DNA of 36,042 bases from Kofleriaceae bacterium (lineage in GTDB: Bacteria > Myxococcota_A > Polyangia > Haliangiales > Haliangiaceae): positions 1-36,042 of the forward strand of contig JBKJLC010000192.1 of the NCBI GenBank assembly GCA_046597055.1, read 5' to 3'. Shown one piece after another: positions 18,323-31,200 of the stretch. The notes below the pieces were generated by a model, which did no database searches, had not been told where the DNA came from, and saw only the letters and a program-made list of their open reading frames with translations. Both the position numbers and the translations under genes were made by a program. Position 1 is the stretch's first letter; every line of letters begins with the position of its first letter.

Positions 18323-19591
18323 TCAATGAATGAGGTAGAGGAGCGGGAACAGGAAGATCCAGATCAGGTCAACCAGGTGCCAGTACAGCGCCGCGTAGTC
18401 GACCGGACCGAAGTAGTCCGGCGTGAAGTGGCCCTTGATCGCCCGGATGAGCAGCCAGATGAACACGAAGATGCCCGCCAGCACGTGGATGCCGTGCAGA
18501 CCGGTCATCGCGAAGTAGATGCTGAAGAACATGTTGGTGTGCGCCGGCGGCGGTCCGTTGGCGTACTCCATCTGGAGTTCGTGCTTGCTCGGCTTCTGGA
18601 CCGCGCGGAAGGTCGACTCACCGGTCGCCGGCACGTGGCTCACGTCGGCGAACGCATCCGCGCCCATGGCGGGCGGCGGCGGCGCCAGCTCGCAGGTCGC
18701 GGCGATCTCGACGTTGGCGCCCCGAACGGTGTGGTCGCCGTACTCGACCAGCGCAGCCGGCCCGCGGTCAGGGCAGACCCACGGATTGGCCTGGAGCTTC
18801 CAGCACGGCGTCGCGTGCTTGGCGTGCGTGCCCGCGGCCGGTGCCGGCGCGCCGAGCGGCTCGCACGGCGGGATCGACTTGCGGCCGAGCTCCACCTGCT
18901 TGGCGCCCTCGAGGCGGAAGGTGACCTCGGCGACCTCGCACCGGGCCTGGTAGCCCCGGCGACCGCGATCGAAGTCGAAGATCGACCCGTCCGCGGTCTT
19001 CGCGTTGGGGTCACCCGGGTTCGCGACGCGCCACTCGCTGAGCAGGCAGCCCCTGGATGCAGCCTTCGTGCTTTTGTCCCAGACGACCGAGGACTTCACG
19101 CCGCCACAGCGATTGGCCTTGTTGATCATGTGGTCGCCGCCGGCGGCGACGCACGGATCGAAGCGGGGGCCCCACAGGATGCCCTCGTGGATCTTGTGCG
19201 CGTACTCGATGTACTTGATCCCGAGGAAGCCGAACGCACACACGATCGTGATCGCGAGGCACAGGATCAGCCCGCGGCGCTGGCCGAGCTGCGCGCAGCG
19301 CACCGCCCACGCGGCGCTGAGGCTCGAGATGATGAGGACGGCGGTGTTGATCGCACCCCACTTCACGTCGAGGTAGTGGTGGGCGTACGCGTAGATCTCC
19401 GGGTGCTGGTACCGGTAGAGGATGTAGGCGACGAACAGGCCCGAGAAGAACAGCAGCTCCTGGGTCAGGAAGAACCAGATCCCGAGCTTGCCGGAGTCGA
19501 ACTGGTGCTGGGCGTCGTCGTAGTGGTGCTGGATCCACGGCGATCGGTCGCCGTGGCCGTGGCCTTCGTGGTGCTCGTGTGCCTGGCTCAT
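18323..19591 (-). CDS. ctaE: Cytochrome c oxidase subunit III with a large Cys-rich insertion
   Basis: GIWFFLTQELLFFSGLF, NTAVLIISS, FLGIKYIEY, YFAMTGLHGIHV, LYWHLVDLIWIFLFPLLY. Confidence 0.9.
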   Translation of the reverse strand: MSQAHEHHEGHGHGDRSPWIQHHYDDAQHQFDSGKLGIWFFLTQELLFFSGLFVAYILYRYQHPEIYAYAHHYLDVKWGAINTAVLIISSLSAAWAVRCAQLGQRRGLILCLAITIVCAFGFLGIKYIEYAHKIHEGILWGPRFDPCVAAGGDHMINKANRCGGVKSSVVWDKSTKAASRGCLLSEWRVANPGDPNAKTADGSIFDFDRGRRGYQARCEVAEVTFRLEGAKQVELGRKSIPPCEPLGAPAPAAGTHAKHATPCWKLQANPWVCPDRGPAALVEYGDHTVRGANVEIAATCELAPPPPAMGADAFADVSHVPATGESTFRAVQKPSKHELQMEYANGPPPAHTNMFFSIYFAMTGLHGIHVLAGIFVFIWLLIRAIKGHFTPDYFGPVDYAALYWHLVDLIWIFLFPLLYLIH

Positions 19592-19609
19592 GTCGGTGGT
19601 CGCCTCGGC

Positions 19610-21274
<1,665 letters not shown>

Positions 21275-21333
21275 GGGTGACCCCTAGCGGGACGAGACGA
21301 CGACGAGGTCCGCGTCGATCACTGGCGAGCGCG

Positions 21334-22575
21334 TCACTTGAGACTCTCGATGAGCGCGGTCACGCCCTCGACCTCTTTGTCGGAGAGACCCGTGGCGGGC
21401 ATGCTCGGCGGATAGCCGGGACGCATCTGGGCCTGCGGGTTCTGGATCGCGTTGCGGATGTAGGCCGCGTCCATCTTCACGGTGGAGTTGTCGGCCAGCG
21501 TGACGTCGGTGCCGAACGTGCCCTTGAAGCTGGGGCCGATCAGCTTCGAGCCATCGAGGGTGTGGCAGCTGACGCAGCCCTTCTTCTCGTAGACGATGAG
21601 CCCGAGTTCCTTGCCGCTGACCGAGCCCTTCGCGGCGTAGGCGTCAGCGAGGTACTGCTCGTACTTGCCCGGCTCGTGGACGACGACCTTGGTCTTCATC
21701 ATCGAGTGGTCGGTGCCGCAGTACTCCGTGCAGTAGAAGCGGTAGACACCGGGCTTGGTGGCGTAGAACCACAGGTACGTGTAGCGCCGCGGCACCGCGT
21801 CGACCTTGATGCGGAAGACGGGGATGAAGACGCTGTGCAGCACGTCCTGCGACGTGATGATGAGCTTGACCGGCTGGTTGACCGGCGCGTGCAGCACGTT
21901 GTCCTCGACGCCGTTGTAGTACCGGAAGTTCCAGTTCCACTTGCGGCCGGTGATCGCGATCTGATTCTCGGCCCGCGTCTCCGGGATCGCGGTCATGTTC
22001 ATGTAGCTGCGCCAGCCGTACACGAACAGGAACACGCAGATGATCGTCGGGATGATCGTCCAGGTGATCTCGAGCGCGTCGTTGTGGGCGATCGAGGGCT
22101 CCGCCTTGTGGCCGGGACGGTGCCGGTAGCGGATGACGAAATAGACGATCGCGCCCGTGATCGCGATGAAGAAGAACGCGCTCATGCCGAGCACCGCGAC
22201 GAACAGGGCGTCGGAGCCGTCGGCGGTCGTTGACGCGGCCGGCGGTAGCCAGTAGCTGCCGTCGTAGATGTAGGGCTGGTCGGAGATCTGCTCCCACCAC
22301 GCCTTCACCTTGGGCGCGTTGTCGGCGGGGGTCGCCCCCATGGTCGGGGCGCCGGCGGCCGGCGCAGCCGGCGGGCTGTCCGGCATCGCGAGCCCCGGGT
22401 TGGGCTGCGCGGCGACCGGCTGCGCCGCGGTCGGCTGCGCCGCGGTCGGCTGCGCCGCGGCCTGCGGGGCGGTCGTGGGCGGCGCGGCCGGCTGGGCGGA
22501 TGCGACGCCGAGCGCCAGGCCCAGGACGGCGAGCGACGTGAGGAGAAACGGCCTGCGGACGACGACGGCCTTCAT
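21334..22575 (-). CDS. ctaC: Cytochrome c oxidase subunit II with a fused C-terminal cytochrome c (caa3-type)
   Basis: LEITWTIIP, DVLHS, CuA motif CTEYCGTDHSMM, heme motif CVSCH with a distal MP; ATG 22575 overlaps the SCO stop. Confidence 0.93.
   Translation of the reverse strand: MKAVVVRRPFLLTSLAVLGLALGVASAQPAAPPTTAPQAAAQPTAAQPTAAQPVAAQPNPGLAMPDSPPAAPAAGAPTMGATPADNAPKVKAWWEQISDQPYIYDGSYWLPPAASTTADGSDALFVAVLGMSAFFFIAITGAIVYFVIRYRHRPGHKAEPSIAHNDALEITWTIIPTIICVFLFVYGWRSYMNMTAIPETRAENQIAITGRKWNWNFRYYNGVEDNVLHAPVNQPVKLIITSQDVLHSVFIPVFRIKVDAVPRRYTYLWFYATKPGVYRFYCTEYCGTDHSMMKTKVVVHEPGKYEQYLADAYAAKGSVSGKELGLIVYEKKGCVSCHTLDGSKLIGPSFKGTFGTDVTLADNSTVKMDAAYIRNAIQNPQAQMRPGYPPSMPATGLSDKEVEGVTALIESLK
22417..22460. 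repeat. 15-bp tandem repeat (about 3 copies) encoding AAQPT in the CoxII N-terminal linker
   Basis: CGGCTGCGCCGCGGT at 22417, 22432 and 22447 (last copy 14 of 15 bases). Confidence 0.85.
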
Positions 22576-23468
22576 GACGGAGTGACTCCAGGCAGGTGAC
22601 GCGACCGTCGCCACAGGACCATGGTGACGGCCACGATGAGGAGCGAGGCGAAGCCGAGCCCGCCGTAGCGCATCAGGCTCACACCCCAGGAGACGCGCCC
22701 CTTGGGGTTCCAGTGGAAGCAGGACACGAGGAAGCCGGCCGATGCCGAGGGCTCGGACAGGCCAGCCTTGATGATCGAACGATCGAGCTCTTCGGCGACC
22801 AAGGTGACGCCGTGCAAGTAGCGCGTGACCACGCCGCTCGGCGCCAGGACGACCACGGTGGCCGGGTGTGCGTACTGGGCCTGCTGCGCGACCCAGCGGT
22901 AGCCGAACCCGGTGGCGCCTGCGACCGCGCGGATCGCGGTTTCGTCCTTGCCATCGCGAGCGATCAGAAACGTCCAGCCATCGCCGACGATGTCGCCACC
23001 GGCGTCGCGAAGGCGCTGCACGTACTTGTCGCGGGTCCGAGCGACCCGGTCGGGCGCCTCGTCGGGCGCCAGGATGATCGAGACCAGCCGGAACTGCCGG
23101 CCGGGCTGGAGCTTCGCGTCGGCCAGCGTGTCGACGAGTGCGTTGAGATGGACGTCACAGAGGCCCGGGCAGCTCGAGTAGTTGAAGGTGAGCAAGACCG
23201 GGAGATCACCGCGCACGACGGTGGCGAGGGTCGCCTCGGCACCCGTCTGATCGCGGAAGAGTCCGTCGAGCGGCACCTTGGCGCCGAGGTGCTCGACGAC
23301 GTCGATCCCGTCCATGAAGCCGGGCGGCATCGGGGTCGGACCTTCGACACGCTCGACCAGTCCCGCAGGTCCGCCGTGCTGGGCGCGCGCGCTCGCGGGC
23401 GGCACGAGTGTGACGCATGCGACCGCGGCCGCCACGCCGACCCACAAGCTCTGCACGCTCATCCCCAT
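22572..23468 (-). CDS. SCO1/SenC family copper chaperone
   Basis: FNYSSCPGLC (CxxxC); YAHP His ligand; signal peptide; C-terminal transmembrane helix; position between the act and cox genes. Confidence 0.88.
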   Translation of the reverse strand: MGMSVQSLWVGVAAAVACVTLVPPASARAQHGGPAGLVERVEGPTPMPPGFMDGIDVVEHLGAKVPLDGLFRDQTGAEATLATVVRGDLPVLLTFNYSSCPGLCDVHLNALVDTLADAKLQPGRQFRLVSIILAPDEAPDRVARTRDKYVQRLRDAGGDIVGDGWTFLIARDGKDETAIRAVAGATGFGYRWVAQQAQYAHPATVVVLAPSGVVTRYLHGVTLVAEELDRSIIKAGLSEPSASAGFLVSCFHWNPKGRVSWGVSLMRYGGLGFASLLIVAVTMVLWRRSRHLPGVTPS

Positions 23469-23471
23469 CGT

Positions 23472-24176
23472 CTAGCGCGATCCCCCAGGGTTGGGGACGG
23501 CAGGCGGTGTGGTCGGTGGTCGCGGCACCGCGGGCGTCGGGCTTGCAGGCGCGGCGGGATCCGCCGGTCGCGGCGAGGTGCCGGGCGCAGGCGGTGGGTT
23601 CGCCGCACCCGAGGTAGTGCCGTCCGCCGGCGACGGATTGCCCGGCGCCGCGGTGGTCGGCGGGCTCCCCGACGGCGTCGCGCCGGGATCCGCTGCGGCC
23701 GGCGCCATGCCGGGCGTGCTGGCACCGCCAGGCGGCGGGACGGCGGTGCCGTCGGTGGGCGCCGGGGCGCCGCCGGGCGGGGCCACGATCGCCTGCGGAC
23801 GACCGAACGCCGGCTGGATCAGGCTCTTGTCCGAACGACCGACCACCGGCACCAGATTGGCCGCGTCGAGCTTGGCGTCGCGGACGATGAGCGCCTTGGC
23901 GTCGCTGATCGGGATCGAGTAGACCGGCGTGTTGTTCGGTCCCGCGATGCCCTTGGCGCGCGGCTCGGTGATGTTCCCGATCTGCTCGCCCCGCAGGGTC
24001 TGCCGGGTCTCACCCTGGGTGCCGAACCGGGCCTGCTCGTCGACCCGGGACGTGTCGTTCACGTAGAACGCCTGGAGCCCGACGATCGACAGGTAGACGA
24101 GCGCGGAGCCGACCCCACCGACGGTGACGATGCCGATGGTGTTGAGCCGGTCCGAATTGCGCTTGGGAGCGTCCAT
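23472..24176 (-). CDS. ActG-like small ACIII subunit with a Pro/Ala-rich tail
   Basis: Single transmembrane helix, YSIPISDAKALIV motif, located directly after actF. True start taken as ATG 24176 (GAGG upstream), not 25298. Confidence 0.6.
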   Translation of the reverse strand: MDAPKRNSDRLNTIGIVTVGGVGSALVYLSIVGLQAFYVNDTSRVDEQARFGTQGETRQTLRGEQIGNITEPRAKGIAGPNNTPVYSIPISDAKALIVRDAKLDAANLVPVVGRSDKSLIQPAFGRPQAIVAPPGGAPAPTDGTAVPPPGGASTPGMAPAAADPGATPSGSPPTTAAPGNPSPADGTTSGAANPPPAPGTSPRPADPAAPASPTPAVPRPPTTPPAVPNPGGSR

Positions 24177-24184
24177 GGGTGACC

Positions 24185-25504
24185 TCAGTAGTTCTCGAAC
24201 GCCAGGCTCTCGCCGAGCTTGGGGTCCTTGATCGGGAGCAGGTTGCCCTTCATGACCTTGCCAATGCCGGCGAGGAACAGCCCGACCATCGCGATCCAGA
24301 GGGTGATGTCGACCGCGTTGAAGTCGATCTTGTGCAGCGCCGGGTCGCCCTGGAGCGGCCCGCGCACGCCGTTCTCGAGCCACATGATGTTCGGCATCAC
24401 GTTCCAGTAGAGGTCGACCCAGTGGAAGACCAGCTGCCAGACCGCGAAGAACATCAGCAGCGGCAGGATGCGCTTGGTCCACCGCGTCAGGAGCGCCAGG
24501 TACGGGAACGCCCACTGCCCGAACAGCAGCGCGATGGACACGTACTGCCAGTCGCTGAACATGCGGTAGCTGTAGAAGATCGTCTCCTCCGGCATGTTGC
24601 CGTACCACTGCAGCATGAACTGGCTGAACGCGGTGTAGATCCAGAAGAACGTCCACCCGAACATGTACTTGCCGATGTCGTGGTAGTGCTCGACGGTCAC
24701 CGAGTGGGTCAGCCGGCCGGTCTGCTGGATGGCGCGAGTGATCAGGGCGAGCGTGCAGTAGGTCGCCAGCATGCCGCCGGCGAAGAAGTTCACGCTGAAG
24801 ATCGTCGAGTACCAGGTCGGCGCCAGCGACATCAGCAGGTCCATGCCCGCGAAGACCGTGACGAGCGAGAAGACCAGGACCGCGAACCCGGACCAGTAGC
24901 GCATCTTCTCGGCGAGCTCGGCGGCACGCTCCGGGGTCGCGGTGTCCTGCGCGACCGAGAGCTTCTTGAACCAGTGCGCGAGGTAGCTGTAGACCGCGAA
25001 GTACGCCACGTAGCGGGCGAAGAAGAACCACGGCTCGAACCAGCCGAGCTTGTGGTGCATGTGGTGGAACAGGAAGTGGTTCGGCTGGTGCAGCTCGGGC
25101 CGCGACCAGAAGTACAGATCCTTGTAGCCCGCCACCACCGGCAGCATGAAGCCGAGGCCGAGGACGAACACCCACGGCAACGTCGACCCGGCGAACTCGG
25201 CGATGCGGCGCAGGACGATGCCCCACTTGGCGCGAGCCAGGTGGTGGACCATCACGAAGAACAACATGCCGATCGCGATGGACCAGATGAACGACCATCC
25301 GACCAGGTACGCGTAGAAGAACCGGCGCCAGTTGCCGCCGCCGAGGATGTGGCCGGTCGACGGGTGATCGACCGCGGCCCCCAGCAGGATCGACAGGAAC
25401 AGGAACAGGAGGCCAACCGCGAGGCCGGCCGTGAACAGCCGACGTCCGATCTTGTCGGCCTTGTACTTCTCGTCGGGGTGGAGCGACTTGGACAGGCTGC
25501 TCAT
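24185..25504 (-). CDS. actF: ACIII subunit ActF
   Basis: Multi-pass membrane protein; DLLMSLAPTWYSTIF, WIYTAFSQFMLQWYGNMPEE, HWVDLYW. Confidence 0.88.
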   Translation of the reverse strand: MSSLSKSLHPDEKYKADKIGRRLFTAGLAVGLLFLFLSILLGAAVDHPSTGHILGGGNWRRFFYAYLVGWSFIWSIAIGMLFFVMVHHLARAKWGIVLRRIAEFAGSTLPWVFVLGLGFMLPVVAGYKDLYFWSRPELHQPNHFLFHHMHHKLGWFEPWFFFARYVAYFAVYSYLAHWFKKLSVAQDTATPERAAELAEKMRYWSGFAVLVFSLVTVFAGMDLLMSLAPTWYSTIFSVNFFAGGMLATYCTLALITRAIQQTGRLTHSVTVEHYHDIGKYMFGWTFFWIYTAFSQFMLQWYGNMPEETIFYSYRMFSDWQYVSIALLFGQWAFPYLALLTRWTKRILPLLMFFAVWQLVFHWVDLYWNVMPNIMWLENGVRGPLQGDPALHKIDFNAVDITLWIAMVGLFLAGIGKVMKGNLLPIKDPKLGESLAFENY

Positions 25505-25508
25505 GGGA

Positions 25509-26831
25509 TCACCGGACCTGGGCGCCGGGCGGCAGCTCGGCCTGGATGGCGTTCTGGCTGCGCTGGAGGGCGCGGACGTAGAGGACGATGGCCCAGCGGT
25601 CGGCCACCGGGATCTGGGAGGCGTACCCCATCATGGTGCCGTAGCCGTTCGAGATGGTGTTGAACAGCTGACCGTTGGGCATGTTGATCACGACCGGCGG
25701 CGTCGTCGCCGAGCCAGCCGTGGTCAGGTTGCGAGCCTCCCATGCACCCCCGAGCTGCTTGACGCGCTCGGGTACGATGCCGTGGCCCCCGCCGTCGTAG
25801 CCGTGGCACGGCGCGCAGTAGATGTCGTAGCGGTTCTGACCGCGGTCGAGGACGTCGGTGCTCGGCTCGACCTGCGCGGGCAGGCCCTGGAGCCAGGCGC
25901 CGTCGCGCAGGCCCCGGTAGAAGGCGTCGTCGGCCTTGAGCGCGCCGCGGGCGACGGTGGTCGGAATCTGGCCGCGGTTGGAGCGGCCATCCGAGAACTC
26001 GTCGAACCCGGTGTCGCTCTTGACCTTGTGCTGGAAGTCCATGTCCGAGAAGACGTGGATGTGCGGGTCGCTCGAGCGGCTCGCGCGGGCCTTGACCACC
26101 TGCACGAACGGGATGATGGCGAGCATCGTCAGGACCGTCATCGCCGCCCACACCCAGCGCGGCACCTGGCGCGACTCGGGGCGGGGGTCGAGGTAGCACT
26201 CCTCGACGTGGGTCGCGCCAGCCGCGATCAGCAGCTGCTTGGTCTGCTCGGGCTCGAAGCGCTTGTCGCCGGCCTCGATGCCGAGGAAGAACGCGTCATC
26301 GGTGACCCGGGCGAAGCGGTCGAGCCGGAAGAACGGGTGCCAGACCTGGGGCAGCTTGTTGGCTGCCCACATGCCGAAGAAGGTCGTGAGGACCGACAGC
26401 AGGATCGTCGTCTCGTACGTGATCGGGACGTTGGCCGGGATCGACCAGGTCGGCTTGCCGGCGATGTTCCACGGCCAGTTGTAGGCGTTCATCCACCACT
26501 GCATCAGCGTGCCGAGGAGCAGGCCGGTCAGCCCGCCTCCGAACACCAGCCACGGCAGCTTGGTCGCCTTGATGCCCATGGCGGCATCGATGCCGTGGAC
26601 CGGGAACGGGCTGTAGCAGTCGAACTCGGTGTAGCCGGCGTTCTTGACCTTGCGGGCGGCTGCGATCAGCGCGCCTGGGGTCTCGAACTCGGCCAGGAGG
26701 CCGTGTAGCTCGCCGTCATCGGCACCGTTGCCGTGGCCATGGCCGTTGCCGTTGTGGTCGTGATCGGAGCGCGTCGGCGGCGAGATGCCGTCGTCGTGCC
26801 CGTCGGGCGCATCGTGCGCTGAGGTCTCCAT
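25509..26831 (-). CDS. actDE: Fused ACIII ActD (DUF3341) and ActE monoheme cytochrome c
   Basis: ActD motifs LLAEF, YSPFPVHG, GKP..SIPA.VPITYE; then DMDFQ, YCAPCHG and MMGYASQIPVADRWAIVLYVRALQ; GGAG upstream of ATG 26831. Confidence 0.88.
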   Translation of the reverse strand: METSAHDAPDGHDDGISPPTRSDHDHNGNGHGHGNGADDGELHGLLAEFETPGALIAAARKVKNAGYTEFDCYSPFPVHGIDAAMGIKATKLPWLVFGGGLTGLLLGTLMQWWMNAYNWPWNIAGKPTWSIPANVPITYETTILLSVLTTFFGMWAANKLPQVWHPFFRLDRFARVTDDAFFLGIEAGDKRFEPEQTKQLLIAAGATHVEECYLDPRPESRQVPRWVWAAMTVLTMLAIIPFVQVVKARASRSSDPHIHVFSDMDFQHKVKSDTGFDEFSDGRSNRGQIPTTVARGALKADDAFYRGLRDGAWLQGLPAQVEPSTDVLDRGQNRYDIYCAPCHGYDGGGHGIVPERVKQLGGAWEARNLTTAGSATTPPVVINMPNGQLFNTISNGYGTMMGYASQIPVADRWAIVLYVRALQRSQNAIQAELPPGAQVR

Positions 26832-26874
26832 CGTGTTCTCCAGGGGTCGACGGCCAGGGGGCGACGGGAGGCCG

Positions 26875-28254
<1,380 letters not shown>

Positions 28255-28261
28255 GGGCTAC

Positions 28262-31200
28262 TCAGTGCTTCCCGGCGCCGTGACCGGCACTGCCACCGCT
28301 CGCGACCAGCTTCGGGTTGGGGTTGCGTACCCGCGCCAGGAAGCGAGTACGGGGCTTGTCGTTGAGCTCGCCGAGCAGCTCGTACTGGCGGCGATCCGAG
28401 TGGAGCCGCGCGACCCGGGACTTCGGATCGTTGAGGTCGCCGAAGACGATGGCCTCGGTCGGGCACGCGGCCTGACAGGCCGTCGTGATCGTGCCGTCCG
28501 CGATGATGTCGCGGTTGCGCTCGTTCTTCGCCTTGATCTTGGCGCTCTGGATCCGCTGCACGCAGTACGTGCACTTCTCCATCACGCCGCGCTCGCGGAC
28601 GGTGACCTCGGGGTTGAAGAGGAGCTTGCGCACCTTGTTGCGCGCCTCGTCGAACTCCTTGTGCCAGTTCAGGAAGTTGAACCGACGCACGCGGTACGGG
28701 CAGTTGTTCAGGCAATAACGGGTGCCGACGCACCGGTTGTAGACCATGTCATTGAGGCCCTCCGACGAGTGGAGGGTCGCGCCGACCGGGCACACGGCCT
28801 CGCACGGGGCGTTCTCGCAGTGCTGGCAGGCGACCGGCTGGCCGACCACCTCGGGCTCGTCCATGTCGCCCTTGAAGTACCGGTCGATGCGGATCCAGTG
28901 CATCTCGCGGTTCTTCAGGACCTGCGCCTTGCCGACCACCGGCGTGTTGTTCTCCGACTGGCAGGCCACCACGCAGGAGTTGCAGCCCATGCAGGAGCCC
29001 AGGTCGATCGCCATGGCCCACTTGTGGCCCTTGTAGACCTTCTCCTCGTAGAGCGAGAAGCCCCGACCATGCTCGTGGTCGTGGTAGTAGGGCAGCTCCT
29101 CCTCGGCCTTGTAGGTCGGGTCCTGGAAGCCATCCTTGCTGGTCTCGCGGACGATCAGCGGCAGGCGCTCGGCGGTCGAGCGGTCGCCGATCTTCTTGTC
29201 GATCGACATGCCCTGGGTGATGTCGAAGTGCTCCTGGGTCGTGGCCACCTTGTAGTGGCCGCCGGTGCGGGTCACCTTCGCGCCGCTGACGAAGTCGAGG
29301 CCGGCGGTCGTGCGCAGCTTGTAGCTGTCGAAGCCGCCACCCTTGGACTCGCCACCCTTGGTGCCGACCTTGCCGGCGACGGTGCGACCACCGCCGAGCC
29401 AGAGGCCGATCGAGCCGCGCGGGTGGCCAGGCATGACCAGCACCGGCACCTCGAGGCTGCGGTCGCCGATCTGGATCCGGATCATGTCCTCCGACTTGAC
29501 CTTCAGCGACGCCTGGTCGGCCGTGTCGGGCGCGATCATGGCGACGTTGTCCCAGGTCATCTTGGTCAGGAACTCGGGGGCTTCCTGGAGCCAGGCGTTG
29601 TTGGCAAAGCGGCCGTCCCACACGTTGGGCGAGGCGAGGAAGGTCACCTCGAGGGCGCCCGCCTGCATCTCCGAGCCGGCGGCCGCGGTGCCCTGCGCGG
29701 GCGCCGCGGACGGCGGCGCGGCCTGCACGCCCTGGGCGGGGACGAGCTGGGTCTTGGCGATGAAGCCGTCGTGGATCGCCGCGCGCCAGTTGCCGCCGGC
29801 GCCCGACTGCTCCTGGGTGCGCTGCACGAGGACGTCGCTCGGGGTCTCGTCGCCGAGGAGCATCGCGAGGAGCTCGACCACCGACAGCCCGCCGTACATC
29901 GGGGCGATCAGCGGCTGCTGCACGGTGTAGGTGCCGTCCCAGGTGCGCGCGTCGCCCCAGGACTCCAGATAGTGGGCGCGTGGGACGTGCCACGTGGTCT
30001 TGGTCGACGTCTCGTTGACGTACTCCGACAGGTGGAGCGAGGTCGCGACCGCGCCCAGCTTGGCGGCGAAGTCGAGGTCCGCGGGTGCGTCGTAGACCGG
30101 GTTGCCGCCCAGGATCAGCAGGGTCTCGACCTGCTGCTGGTCGATCTCGCGGACCAGCGCGGCGATCGCCTCGGCGTGGGTCGGGCGGTCGGCCTCGGGA
30201 TCCTCGAGGTGCTCGACGGTGGTGCCGCCGTAGCGCTGGTTCAGGCTCGCGACCAGCGCGTGGAGCGCGGGCGGCTGCTTGCGGCCGGCCAGGAACACGA
30301 CCCGGCCGGTGTTGGCGCGGATCTCCTCGGCGAGCACCTCGATGAAGCGCGCGACCTTGGCTTCCTCGACCAGCTTGGAGCCGCTCGCCCCGCCGCCACC
30401 GTCGAGCGCGGCGGCGAGCGCCTGCGCGAACGGCAGGACGTGCTCGGCGCGCACCGGCAACCGGTGATCGGCGAGCGCGCCCGTCGAGGTGAAGACGCTC
30501 TCGATGGCGTAGAGGCGGTTCATCTTGCCGCCGCCGAGCGTCGAGCTCTCGGGGCGACGGCTGCGCGCCCAGTCGCGCGAGTAGCGCAGCGACGCCGGGT
30601 GCTCCCGGAAGAAGTCGCAGTCGAGCGCCACGATGGTCTCGGCGCGATCGAGGTGGGCCAGGGGCCGCACGACCTTGCCGAACGCGAGCTTCATGCCGGC
30701 GCGCTCGTTGTCGAACGAGACCGGCTCCCACTCGTGCCAGATGAGACCCGGCATCTGATCATTCAGCCGGCGGCGCAGGGCCTGGACGGTCGGCGACGAG
30801 GTCGCCTCGGCCAGGACGCGCACCTTGTTGGTGTTCGACTTCTGGCGAAGCTCGCCGAGCCACACCTTGAAGTCCGCGAAGGTCGCGCCCTGCCCGGCGC
30901 GGCGCACGGCCTGCGAACGATCGGGATCGTACAGATGGAGGATCGACGCCTGCGCAAACGGCGTGGATGCGCCGTGGCGCTCGGTGCCGGCGACGATGCT
31001 GGTGCCGGCCTGGTCGAGTGCGCCCGCGAACGGGTGCTCGGGGTTACCGTCGACCTTGATCGGCCGGCCCTCGTACGAGGTGACCAGGACCGCCTGCGCG
31101 TGGCCGCCGAGCTCGAACGAGCTGGCGTAGACCTGGGTGTTGCCCGGAACCTGGTCCTCGGGGCGGCGCGCGAGGGGGACGATCTCCTCGCGCTCCCACC

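Noticed and set aside
24177..25298. N-terminal extension of the 608-aa ORF
   Set aside because: Off-frame overlap with actF; only 23472-24176 looks coding.
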